64,000 nt of DNA. It comes from an uncultured Marinicella sp. (GTDB lineage Bacteria > Pseudomonadota > Gammaproteobacteria > Xanthomonadales > Marinicellaceae). The notes beneath the pieces are model-generated. The model saw only the letters and a program-made list of their open reading frames with translations, had not been told where the DNA came from and did not search any database. Both the position numbers and the translations under genes were made by a program. Location: NCBI GenBank assembly GCA_947502925.1, contig CANNBS010000002.1, forward strand, positions 25,079 through 89,078. The letters are read 5' to 3'. This document shows, in pieces, positions 9,513 through 18,121 of the stretch; the first letter of the stretch is position 1; every line of letters starts with the position of its first letter.

Positions 9513-9580
9513 TGGTTTGCTCCAAAGTTAAAGTTATTATACTCTCTTTAGCTTTGGCAGTGTTTATGGGGGGCTAGTCA

Positions 9581-9825
9581 TGGTGATGACTTTTTTTATG
9601 GGTTATTTGACCTGTTTTTTCTTTGTTCGCTTGCGCCATCCCATGGCACAATTGATTATGCCGGCGACACTTAATTTGATGTTGTCTGTTACCTGTTTGA
9701 CTATTTTGCATTGGCTGATTGGTACGCCAGAGATTATCTTGACCATAATGCCTGCATTGATTGTGGGCTTTTTGTTTTGTCTATTTAAAACCATACAACT
9801 AAAGAGGAAATTAAATGATGAGTGA
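9581..9825 (+). pseudogene. Probable 3' remnant of a membrane protein gene truncated by IS3
   Basis: Hydrophobic open frame begins exactly at the IS end (the ORF-track ATG is created by the junction) and overlaps the next gene like an operon member. Confidence 0.5.
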
Positions 9826-10465
9826 TACAAACAGGCGGGTGTTGAAAGTACGGGATAAAAAATGGGTGAATCAAGTGGCGTCTTATATCAGCCAAAAGCG
9901 TATAACACCCAACCAAATATCCATTGCCAGTGTGTTTTTCGCTGTATTGGCCGGTTTTGCTTTAGCCCGTTTTGGCTTGGTGCACCATGTTTGGCTGTTG
10001 TTGGTGTCTGCTGTGATGATTCAGTTGCGGTTATTATGTAATTTGTTTGATGGTCTGGTGGCGATTGAAGGCGGTAAAAGTACAGCTTCCGGTGAATTAT
10101 TTAATGATGTGCCGGATCGAATTGCAGATGTGATTATTTTGGTTTCTTTGGGGTATGCGGCCGGTGATTATAATTACGCTGTGACACTTGGTTGGCTGGC
10201 TGCTGTGTTATCGGTGATGACTGCTTATATCAGAACTTTAGGTACCAGTCTCAATGCACCCACCAGTTTTGCCGGACCTATGGCTAAGCAACATCGTATG
10301 GCCTTAGTTACGTTGGCCTGTTTATTGGCGATTATTGAGTTTCATGTGTTTGACAGTGGGTACAGCTTATATGTGGCTTTGTGCTTGTTGGTGGCGGGCA
10401 CCTTGATAACTGTTTTCCGACGGGCAGGTTTAATCTATCAATTTTTAGAGAATGCACATGATTGA
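9815..10465 (+). CDS. CDP-alcohol phosphatidyltransferase family protein (YnbA-like)
   Basis: LCNLFDGLVA..GELFNDVPDRIAD = DG(x)2A(x)8G(x)3D(x)3D-type signature. Confidence 0.9.
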   Translation: MMSDTNRRVLKVRDKKWVNQVASYISQKRITPNQISIASVFFAVLAGFALARFGLVHHVWLLLVSAVMIQLRLLCNLFDGLVAIEGGKSTASGELFNDVPDRIADVIILVSLGYAAGDYNYAVTLGWLAAVLSVMTAYIRTLGTSLNAPTSFAGPMAKQHRMALVTLACLLAIIEFHVFDSGYSLYVALCLLVAGTLITVFRRAGLIYQFLENAHD

Positions 10466-11405
10466 TTTGTCAGAATTTGACTTTTTTCATCCGGTTTACC
10501 TAACGATGGCTTTGGTATTGGGTGTTTTGGTGTTTGCACATATCACCAGTTATTGTTTGGTTAAACTGAATAAAATTAAATCACCAGAAGAATTACTTTT
10601 ACGGATTAAATCTTGGTGGTGGATAATTGGTTTACTGTTTTTTTCTATCTTATCGGGTTTAACGGCCAGTATCATATTGATTGCTTTCATAAGCTTCTTG
10701 GCGTTAAAGGAATATTTATCCATTGTCCCAACTCGCCAATCAGACAGGCGTGTTATATTTTGGGCTTATTTAACCATACCGATTCAGTATTATCTTGTAA
10801 GTATTAATTGGTATGGTTTATTTAATATATTTATACCGGTCTATGTGTTTTTAGTGTTATCTGTGCGGATGGTGTTAACCGGGAAGAACAGTGGTTTCAT
10901 TCATTCGGTGGGTGTATTGCATTGGGGTGTGATGTTAACCGTTTATAGTGTCAGTCATGTGGCATATTTACTGGTGTTACCCATTGGTGAATTAACAGAC
11001 ACGGGGTTTGGGCTGATGTTGTTTTTGATTATGATGACGCAGCTGAATGATGTTTGCCAATATTTATTTGGGAAGTTGCTAGGCCGTCGTAAAATTATCC
11101 CTGCGGTTAGCCCGAATAAAACTTGGGCAGGTTTTATTGGTGGCGTGATATCTATCACCATTTTGTCAGGGGGTATCGGCCCATTTTTAACGCCGATGGA
11201 CATTCAGTTTAGTGTTTTGGCCGGTTTTGTCATTGCTGTGACCGGTTTCTTCGGTGACGTAACCATCTCTTCGGTTAAACGTGACTTACAAATTAAAGAC
11301 AGCGGGCAATTATTACCGGGGCATGGTGGTATCTTGGATCGTATTGACAGTCTGATGTTTACCGCACCTTTGTTCTTCCACTTTGTACGTTATTTTTATG
11401 CATAA
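10452..11405 (+). CDS. Phosphatidate cytidylyltransferase family protein (YnbB-like)
   Basis: SPNKTWAG, SSVKRDLQIKDSGQLLPGHGGILDRIDS signature. Confidence 0.92.
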   Translation: MHMIDLSEFDFFHPVYLTMALVLGVLVFAHITSYCLVKLNKIKSPEELLLRIKSWWWIIGLLFFSILSGLTASIILIAFISFLALKEYLSIVPTRQSDRRVIFWAYLTIPIQYYLVSINWYGLFNIFIPVYVFLVLSVRMVLTGKNSGFIHSVGVLHWGVMLTVYSVSHVAYLLVLPIGELTDTGFGLMLFLIMMTQLNDVCQYLFGKLLGRRKIIPAVSPNKTWAGFIGGVISITILSGGIGPFLTPMDIQFSVLAGFVIAVTGFFGDVTISSVKRDLQIKDSGQLLPGHGGILDRIDSLMFTAPLFFHFVRYFYA

Positions 11406-12045
11406 ATTAAATCGTTTAATACAATTATTGTTTTTTGCTGTGTTGGTCAAGCCGCTGGTTTTAATCATTTTAGGTTTAAATATAAGAAATAAAAAAGGCT
11501 TACCGATGGAAGGACCTGCGGTAATAATGGCTAATCATAACAGTCATTTAGATACTATGGTTTTAATGAGCTTATTTCCGTTAAGAAAGATGCATAAAGT
11601 CAGGCCTGTGGCAGCGGCGGACTATTTTTTAAAGAACCGCTGGATGGCGTGGTTTTCTTTAAAAATAATCGGCATTATTCCACTTGAGCGAACCGGAAAA
11701 GCCGATAGAGACACCTTATTTAATGAATGTCATGATGCTTTGGATAAGGGTGAAATTCTGGTGCTTTTCCCTGAAGGCAGTCGTGGTTTACCAGATCAGA
11801 TGAGTACATTAAAAAAGGGTGTGTATCATTTAATTAAAGACAGAGATGATGTTTCTGCTGTGCCAATAGTTATGAACGGGTTGGGTTTTGCTTTACCCAA
11901 AGGTGAGGGCTTATTGGTGCCGGTTAATGTTGATGTGATTGTTGGTCAGGCCATCGATCACTCGCCAAATGCGGATGTTTTTATTGATAGCACAACAAAA
12001 GCGTTTACTCAGTTGAAAGAGTTTTGTATTACAAAGCAGAGTTAG
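11398..12045 (+). CDS. 1-acyl-sn-glycerol-3-phosphate acyltransferase family protein
   Basis: ANHNSHLD (HX4D) and LFPEGSR motifs; ATG 11398 overlaps the preceding stop. Confidence 0.9.
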   Translation: MHKLNRLIQLLFFAVLVKPLVLIILGLNIRNKKGLPMEGPAVIMANHNSHLDTMVLMSLFPLRKMHKVRPVAAADYFLKNRWMAWFSLKIIGIIPLERTGKADRDTLFNECHDALDKGEILVLFPEGSRGLPDQMSTLKKGVYHLIKDRDDVSAVPIVMNGLGFALPKGEGLLVPVNVDVIVGQAIDHSPNADVFIDSTTKAFTQLKEFCITKQS

Positions 12046-12142
12046 ACAAGTCAGATTTGTATAGAGGTGATTCTTATTTTGACAGAACATGCTTTATAAA
12101 GTAGGCCGTTAATTGATGAAAATAAAAAAAATAAAAAAAGTT

Positions 12143-12172
12143 TTGATTATTTTTTTAAAACCGTGGTACATT
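12143..12172 (+). promoter_or_regulatory. Putative sigma70 promoter of arg leader/operon
   Basis: TTGATT (12143-48), 18-nt spacer, extended -10 TG-G-TACATT (12164-72), preceded by an A/T-rich UP-like tract. Confidence 0.6.
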
Positions 12173-12197
12173 ATGCTCAAATCATATTAATTAAACG

Positions 12198-12308
12198 ATG
12201 ACACATAACAACGACAATTTTTCTTTTATTCAAAAAGCATTGATTGGAAACAGTGCAGTGGTTGTTCGTCGTCGCCGTCCGGAAAAGACAATGGAGCTCT
12301 TTGGCTAG
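12198..12308 (+). CDS. Putative arg operon leader peptide, 36 aa: MTHNNDNFSFIQKALIGNSAVVVRRRRPEKTMELFG
   Basis: Hand translation; CGT CGT CGC CGT at 12267-12278; the stop codon abuts the antiterminator arm; too short for the ORF track. Confidence 0.8.
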   Translation: MTHNNDNFSFIQKALIGNSAVVVRRRRPEKTMELFG

Positions 12309-12351
12309 ACGCGTGATTTAAAGAAATATTTTAAAAACCCGGCCAAAGAGC
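12296..12351 (+). promoter_or_regulatory. Putative antiterminator hairpin of arg attenuator
   Basis: GCTCTTTGGC (12296-12305) is perfectly complementary to GCCAAAGAGC (12342-12351), which spans both arms and the loop of the terminator. Confidence 0.8.
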
Positions 12352-12362
12352 CGGGTTTTTTT
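12333..12362 (+). terminator. Attenuator intrinsic terminator upstream of argF'
   Basis: AAAAACCCGGC-CAAAGA-GCCGGGTTTTTTT; lies between promoter/leader and the argF' start, on the same strand. Confidence 0.88.
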
Positions 12363-12397
12363 ATACCCGGTTAATTTGGCTTTATTCAGGACTGAAC

Positions 12398-13414
12398 ATG
12401 ATAAAGCATTTTTTAACCACTGAAGATTGGTCACAAACACAGCTAGACGTGCTTTTGGCTGATGCGAATCTCCTTAAGCAAAATCCAATTCAAAGTCATT
12501 TGAGTCATAAGTCGATGGCTTTGCTATTCTTTAATCCATCGATGCGAACCCGGACATCATTTGAACTCGGCATCCAACAATTGGGCGGTACAGCCATTAT
12601 TTTAGAACCGGGTCAAGGTGCATGGGGTATTGAATTTGAACCCCATAGCATTATGGATGGAGATGCGGAAGAACATATTAAAGAAGTGGCCGGCGTCTTA
12701 TCTTCCTATGTTGATATGATTGCTATTCGTGCTTTCCCTGCCTTTAAGGATTGGCAGATTGATCGTTTAGATCACAAAATCAAAGCCTTGGCAGCACATG
12801 CAACCGTACCGGTTATTAATATGGAAACCATTGTTCATCCCTGTCAGGAATTAGCGTTGATGATGACCATCAAACAACATTTTAAAGTGGTTAAGCGCAA
12901 GAAATTTCTTCTAACCTGGACATATCATCCGAAACCACTGAACACCGCCGTCGCTAATTCCGCCTTACTGATAAGTAGTAAGTTTGGTATGGACGTGACC
13001 TTATTGTGTCCCAATGAGAATTATTTATTGGATGAAAAATACCTGACAGCCGCCAAAGCACAATGTGATGAACATGGTGCTGATTTTACTGTGTCCCATG
13101 ACATTGAATCAGCTTATGCAGAGGCTGATTTTGTGTATGCGAAAAGTTGGGGCGCTTTACCTTTTTATGGTAATCCGAGCAATGAATTTGAACAACGTAA
13201 ATACTTTAAACACTTTAGGGTTGATGGTCAGAAAATGGCACTAACCAATCAAGCCAAATTCAGTCATTGTTTGCCGCTTCGACGAAATATTAAAGCCACT
13301 GATGAAGTGATGGATGCGCCTTATTGTGTGGCGTTAGAAGAAGCAGAGAATCGATTACACGTACAAAAAGCCATGATGTTGAATCTCATGGGTCATCAAT
13401 TAAAACAATCATAA
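12398..13414 (+). CDS. argF': N-acetylornithine carbamoyltransferase (AOTCase)
   Basis: FFNPSMRTRTSF, HPCQ, LTWTYHPKPLNTAVANS, HCLPLRRN: AOTCase-type motifs rather than canonical OTCase (STRT/SMG). Confidence 0.9.
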   Translation: MIKHFLTTEDWSQTQLDVLLADANLLKQNPIQSHLSHKSMALLFFNPSMRTRTSFELGIQQLGGTAIILEPGQGAWGIEFEPHSIMDGDAEEHIKEVAGVLSSYVDMIAIRAFPAFKDWQIDRLDHKIKALAAHATVPVINMETIVHPCQELALMMTIKQHFKVVKRKKFLLTWTYHPKPLNTAVANSALLISSKFGMDVTLLCPNENYLLDEKYLTAAKAQCDEHGADFTVSHDIESAYAEADFVYAKSWGALPFYGNPSNEFEQRKYFKHFRVDGQKMALTNQAKFSHCLPLRRNIKATDEVMDAPYCVALEEAENRLHVQKAMMLNLMGHQLKQS

Positions 13415-13427
13415 GAGAGAAGATTTC

Positions 13428-14630
13428 ATGAATAAAAAAACAATTGTATTGGCATTTTCCGGTGGTTTAGACACCAGTTACTGTTTGTATCATCTCACGC
13501 AGCAAGGTCATGATGTTCATACTGTATTTGTTAATGCCGGCGGTGTTGATGCGGACGAAGTTAAGCGAATTGAAGAACAAGCTGAACGACTGGGTGCTCA
13601 TCAACATCATTGTTTGGATGCTCAGCAGAATATATGGGATGAGTTTGTTAAACCATTGATTTGGTCGAAAGCCAAGATGCGAGATGAATATCCTTTACTA
13701 TGTTCAGATCGCTACGTGATTGTGAAATTATGTCTACAGCTGTGCGATCAATTGGGAACGTCTTATTTTTCACATGGGTGTACAGCCATGGGTAATGACC
13801 AATTCCGCTTTGATCAAACAGTTCATTCACTTGGCAAGTATGACATTATTGCGCCAATTCGAGATTTACAGGCTCAAGTTAAGGGCCATATTCGAGATCA
13901 TGAGTTACAGGTGCTTAAAGCAGCCGGTTTCGAAATGTCCGGTCAGCATAAAAAGTACTCCATTAATGAAAATATGTTGGGTGTGACCATATCAGGCAGC
14001 GAAATTGATGCGTTTCAAGCACCCGGTGAAGACAGTTTGCATTGGGTTAAACCGAAAGTTGCCTGGCCGGATAAAATCTTAGATTTAGAAATTGGTTTTA
14101 ACCAGGGAGTGGCCACTCATTTAAATGGAGAAGCCATGGCAGGTCCGACACTTTTAAAACAGTTAAACCAGCAACTGGCTCAATATGGAATAGGCCGTCA
14201 CATTTACACCGGCGATGTCAGTATTGGATTAAAAGGTCGCATTGTTTTTGAATGTCCCGGTATTGATGCTTTGATGCAAGCTCATAAAGCCTTAGAAGAC
14301 TTGGTTAATTCAAAACTGCAAAATGAATTCAGGGGAGATGTTTCAAAACGTTGGGCAGATCTGGTCTATCAAGGCTTTTTCTACGAACCCCACAAACAAG
14401 ATTTAGAAGCTTATTTAAGTAGTTCGCAATCACATGTAACCGGAAAGGTTTCCTTGAGTACTGAGGGTGGTTGCTTGTTGGCGACATCAGTGGATTCTGA
14501 CTTTATTATCCAAGACCCACAATCGGTCTATGCACAATCCGCAGCCTGGTCACCACAAGAAGCCTTGGGCTTTATAAAACTAACAGGGCAAAGTGCCACG
14601 CTGGTCAATCAGGTTAGGAGACAGTCATGA
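13428..14630 (+). CDS. argG: Argininosuccinate synthase
   Basis: VLAFSGGLDTS, HGCTAMGNDQFRF, YSINENMLG motifs. Confidence 0.95.
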   Translation: MNKKTIVLAFSGGLDTSYCLYHLTQQGHDVHTVFVNAGGVDADEVKRIEEQAERLGAHQHHCLDAQQNIWDEFVKPLIWSKAKMRDEYPLLCSDRYVIVKLCLQLCDQLGTSYFSHGCTAMGNDQFRFDQTVHSLGKYDIIAPIRDLQAQVKGHIRDHELQVLKAAGFEMSGQHKKYSINENMLGVTISGSEIDAFQAPGEDSLHWVKPKVAWPDKILDLEIGFNQGVATHLNGEAMAGPTLLKQLNQQLAQYGIGRHIYTGDVSIGLKGRIVFECPGIDALMQAHKALEDLVNSKLQNEFRGDVSKRWADLVYQGFFYEPHKQDLEAYLSSSQSHVTGKVSLSTEGGCLLATSVDSDFIIQDPQSVYAQSAAWSPQEALGFIKLTGQSATLVNQVRRQS

Positions 14631-15757
14631 ATCAAACTAAGGTTTTACAAGCAAGCAATAACAGCAATAAAAATGCCTTTTTAGCGATTAAAAAACACCT
14701 GTCTTTCCTTATAAGCTGTGATACTTGTAACCCACCACGAACAATTCGATTCACAGATCCTTTGTTTGTTGGTCTTGAAGCTTATTTTAAAAGTCAGGGA
14801 TTTACCGTAACAATGGCTGATTTCGGTGAAGGGCACGTGGTATTTTATGCCGTAAGAGGTAGGCCCAAGGTATTATTTAATGTTCATTTAGATACCGTTC
14901 CTGTGTCTGATGGTTGGCACTATGATCCTTTTAATTTGACTGAATCTAAAGGTCGTTTTTATGGTCGTGGTAGTTGCGATATCAAAGGTGCGGCAGCCTG
15001 TTTAATGGCGCTGGCTGAAACACAAGAGAATAGTAAAGAGTATGATATGTCTGTGCTATTCACAACAGATGAGGAAGGTCTTGATAGTTGTTGTATTAAA
15101 CATTTTATTGATGCCCATGATTTATCCGGATATCAACAGGTCATTGTGGCAGAACCCACTGAATGCCTGGCGATTACTGAGCATCGAGGTTATGTATCGG
15201 CTCACGGTAAATTTAAGGGAACCAGTGGCCATTCCTCTTCTGTAGATGCGTTGACAGGAAATGCAGTGCATCAGGCAAATCTATGGCTAACTGATGCGTT
15301 GACAATAGCACAGCAATCTCAAACAAGTACAAATCCAGCGGGTATATGTTTTAATTTGGGTTACATTAAAGGCGGTGAAAAAAATAACATGATTGCTGAA
15401 TAGTGTCAGCTTGGTTTTAGTGTTCGAGTGCCTGCCGGATCATCATCAACGACAACCTATAATTCATTAATTAATGTTAATCAAAGTGGAGCGACATGGC
15501 GTTGCTCACTAATGGCTCCGGCTTTACCTGAACATGCCTTTGGCAACCAAAAATCCATTGATTTTTGTCAGCAACATGGACTCGAACAAGGTAATCCTGT
15601 TGATTTTTGGACCGAAGCCTCATTATTTAATCAGGCGGGACTTCCTGCATTGGTATTAGGGCCAGGTAACATTGCCCAGGCACATACAGTGGATGAATGG
15701 GTGGCTATCGACCAGCTGCTTAAATGTTATGCAATATATCAAGGGGTTATTCAATGA
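14627..15757 (+). pseudogene. argE: Acetylornithine/acetylcitrulline deacetylase (M20) interrupted by in-frame TAG at 15401-15403
   Basis: NVHLDTVP, GRGSCDIKG, TDEEG, VAEPT in the first part. The frame continues past TAG (CQLGFSVRVP..FWTEAS..GPGNIAQAHTVDE). Confidence 0.85.
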
Positions 15758-17145
15758 AAAGCAGCAAATATAATACACAAACTAAACAACAGATTATACG
15801 CAGTGCTCTGAATCAATTAACCCATAGTCAGGAAGCCAAACATTATTTAAAACGCTATCAAAATCATGATGAAATGAACTTTGCAGTGGTTAAGGTGGGT
15901 GGTGGTACTTTGGCGGATGAATTAGAGATTCTGGCTGAATCTTTGGCTTTATTATCTCACTTGGGGTTAAATCCCATTGTTATACATGGTGCCGGGGTGC
16001 AATTGGACAAAGGATTAGCGCATGCTGGTATAAAAACTTCCAAAAAAAACGGCATGCGTGTCACAGATGAAGCTTGTATGAAAGTCATTAGGCCTGTTAT
16101 GTATGATGTTAATCATCAATTGGTTCGCGCCTTGGAACAACAGGGTGTTCGGGCTTACGGTGTGGTGCATGGTGTCTTTGAATGTCGATATTTAGATCAA
16201 CAAACGTATGGCTTAGTGGGTGATGTTGAAAAAATTCATTTGTCACCCATAAAACAAGCGATTCAAACAGGCTCTATTCCGGTGTTAAGTTGTCTGGGAG
16301 AAACGGCCAGTGGCCAAGTGCTGAATATTAATGCCGATGTCGCCACTCGGGAGCTTGTGTGGAAAATTCATCCGCATAAAATTATTTTTGTGACGCCAAC
16401 CGGTGGCATACTCGATAATAAAAGTGACATTATTTCAGCGATTCAGTTGAATAATGATTTTGATTATATGATTCAACAGCCTTGGTTACATTCAGGCATG
16501 AAGCTTAAATTACAACAAATTAAAGACATGCTAGCACCTTTGGATTGTGGTCACTCAGTTTCCATTACTTCTAGCAAGAATTTGGCTAGAGAACTCTTTA
16601 CATACAAAGGTGCCGGTACTTTTATCAATATGGGTGAAAAAATCAATGAAAGTTTGGAGTTGGATCAGTCAAATCTGTCTTTATTGCATGCCATTTTTGA
16701 AGATGCCTTTGGACGTACTTTTAAGACTGACTTTTTATCTAATCTGAAAATAAAAAAAATCTATTTGGCTGAGTCGGGCAGGGCAGCAGCCATTATCTCA
16801 TCGGGCTTTCGTAATCACGCATACTTACATAAATTTGCAGTTACTAAAGCGGGACAGGGTGAAGGTTTGGCAGCCAGCTTGTGGCAACAGATTATTAAAG
16901 ATTTCCCTCAGTTATATTGGCGATCCCGGACAAATAATGATATCAATGATTGGTACTTTAAACAGGCGGATGTGTCGGTTAAATCAACAGCTGGCGATTG
17001 GGTGGGGTTTTCATGTGGTTTATTCCCGGCGGAATCATTGGAGTGCATCCAACAGGCTTTTAAGGTTGATTCGGGCTGGCAGTCGATACAGGAACAAACA
17101 ACTGTGTCTATTCAACAGAATGTAAAAGAGGCGCACCATGTCTAA
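15754..17145 (+). CDS. argB: Acetylglutamate kinase domain fused to NAT/DUF619 domain (NAGS/K type)
   Basis: VVKVGGG, IHGAG, NINAD in the AAK domain; YLHKFAV, LYWRSR..N.INDWYF in the NAT domain; start ATG 15754 overlaps the argE stop. Confidence 0.88.
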   Translation: MKSSKYNTQTKQQIIRSALNQLTHSQEAKHYLKRYQNHDEMNFAVVKVGGGTLADELEILAESLALLSHLGLNPIVIHGAGVQLDKGLAHAGIKTSKKNGMRVTDEACMKVIRPVMYDVNHQLVRALEQQGVRAYGVVHGVFECRYLDQQTYGLVGDVEKIHLSPIKQAIQTGSIPVLSCLGETASGQVLNINADVATRELVWKIHPHKIIFVTPTGGILDNKSDIISAIQLNNDFDYMIQQPWLHSGMKLKLQQIKDMLAPLDCGHSVSITSSKNLARELFTYKGAGTFINMGEKINESLELDQSNLSLLHAIFEDAFGRTFKTDFLSNLKIKKIYLAESGRAAAIISSGFRNHAYLHKFAVTKAGQGEGLAASLWQQIIKDFPQLYWRSRTNNDINDWYFKQADVSVKSTAGDWVGFSCGLFPAESLECIQQAFKVDSGWQSIQEQTTVSIQQNVKEAHHV

Positions 17146-18121
17146 ACGCATAAAAGCTGCAATTATTGGTGCTCGGGGTTATGTGGGCGTTGAGCTGATA
17201 AAACTTTTGGATTTGCACCCAAAAGTTGATTTAAAAGTCGCTTTTTCAAGGTCTTATGAAGGCCAAAAGGTCAGCACTGTGGTCAGTGGCTTTTCTGATA
17301 ATCAATTAGAGTATCAATCAGATGATTTGAATGTTTTGCAAAACATGTCATTGGATGTGATTTTTTTGGCATTACCTGATGGTATAGCTAAGAGGCATGA
17401 TGACTTGTGGCGTTTCATGGCAAAAGATACTGTTATTATTGATCTTAGTGCTGATTATCGTTTTGATAATAATTGGGTGTACGGGCAGCCGGAAACCAAT
17501 AAACATAATCTAAAACGGGCTAAAAAAATCGCTAACCCGGGATGTTATGCGACCGGAATTCAAATGGGTTTAAAGCCTTTACTGCCATACTTAAAAGGCA
17601 CTACGCATGATGTGCCCACGGCATTTGGTGTTTCCGGTTATAGTGGAGCAGGGACTCAGCCGTCCAATAAAAATGACCCTGATCGATTAGCGGATAACTT
17701 ATTGGCCTATAAGGCCACAGGACACACTCATGAAAATGAAGTGAGTCATGTGTTACAACATACGATACGATTTATGCCACATGTGGCCGCTCATTTTAGA
17801 GGTATTCACATCACTTTGTCAGGTCAACTTAAGGCGCCAATGTCTGAAGAAGGAATGTTGGCGCTGTTTAATGAATTTTATGCAGATCATACACTGATAA
17901 AAATCCAGTCCAATCCGGCAGAGATTCAACAAATCAAAAACAAGCATCATATGATTATGGGTGGGTTTACAGTATCTAAACGTGAGCCCGGACATTTTGT
18001 GTTCAATGTATGTTTAGATAATTTATTAAAAGGGGCAGCCACTCAGGCTGTGCAAAACATGAATTTAGCATGTGCACACGATTTTCAGACACAATGCTTT
18101 GAAGGTATTAATTATGAGTAA
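17138..18121 (+). CDS. argC: N-acetyl-gamma-glutamyl-phosphate reductase
   Basis: IIGARGYVG, IDLSADYR, IANPGCYAT, DNLLKGAATQAVQNMN. Confidence 0.95.
   Translation: MSKRIKAAIIGARGYVGVELIKLLDLHPKVDLKVAFSRSYEGQKVSTVVSGFSDNQLEYQSDDLNVLQNMSLDVIFLALPDGIAKRHDDLWRFMAKDTVIIDLSADYRFDNNWVYGQPETNKHNLKRAKKIANPGCYATGIQMGLKPLLPYLKGTTHDVPTAFGVSGYSGAGTQPSNKNDPDRLADNLLAYKATGHTHENEVSHVLQHTIRFMPHVAAHFRGIHITLSGQLKAPMSEEGMLALFNEFYADHTLIKIQSNPAEIQQIKNKHHMIMGGFTVSKREPGHFVFNVCLDNLLKGAATQAVQNMNLACAHDFQTQCFEGINYE

Larger units (their letters stand above)
8370..9580 (-). mobile_element. IS3-family insertion sequence (1211 bp), no target-site duplication
   Basis: Terminal IRs TGACTAGCCCAATAAAT (8370) and TGACTAGCCCCCCATAAAC (reverse strand from 9580); orfA/orfB organisation; flanks ..CCATCG and TGGTGA.. 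are not direct repeats. Confidence 0.93.

Noticed and set aside
12351-12370. Extra CCGGG/CCCGG pairing across the attenuator U-tract
   Set aside because: It can form only after the polymerase has passed the termination point and is just 5 bp; not needed for the model.
15401-15403. argE TAG as programmed recoding (pyrrolysine or regulated read-through)
   Set aside because: No pyl genes or recoding signal are visible; a point mutation or sequencing error is simpler.
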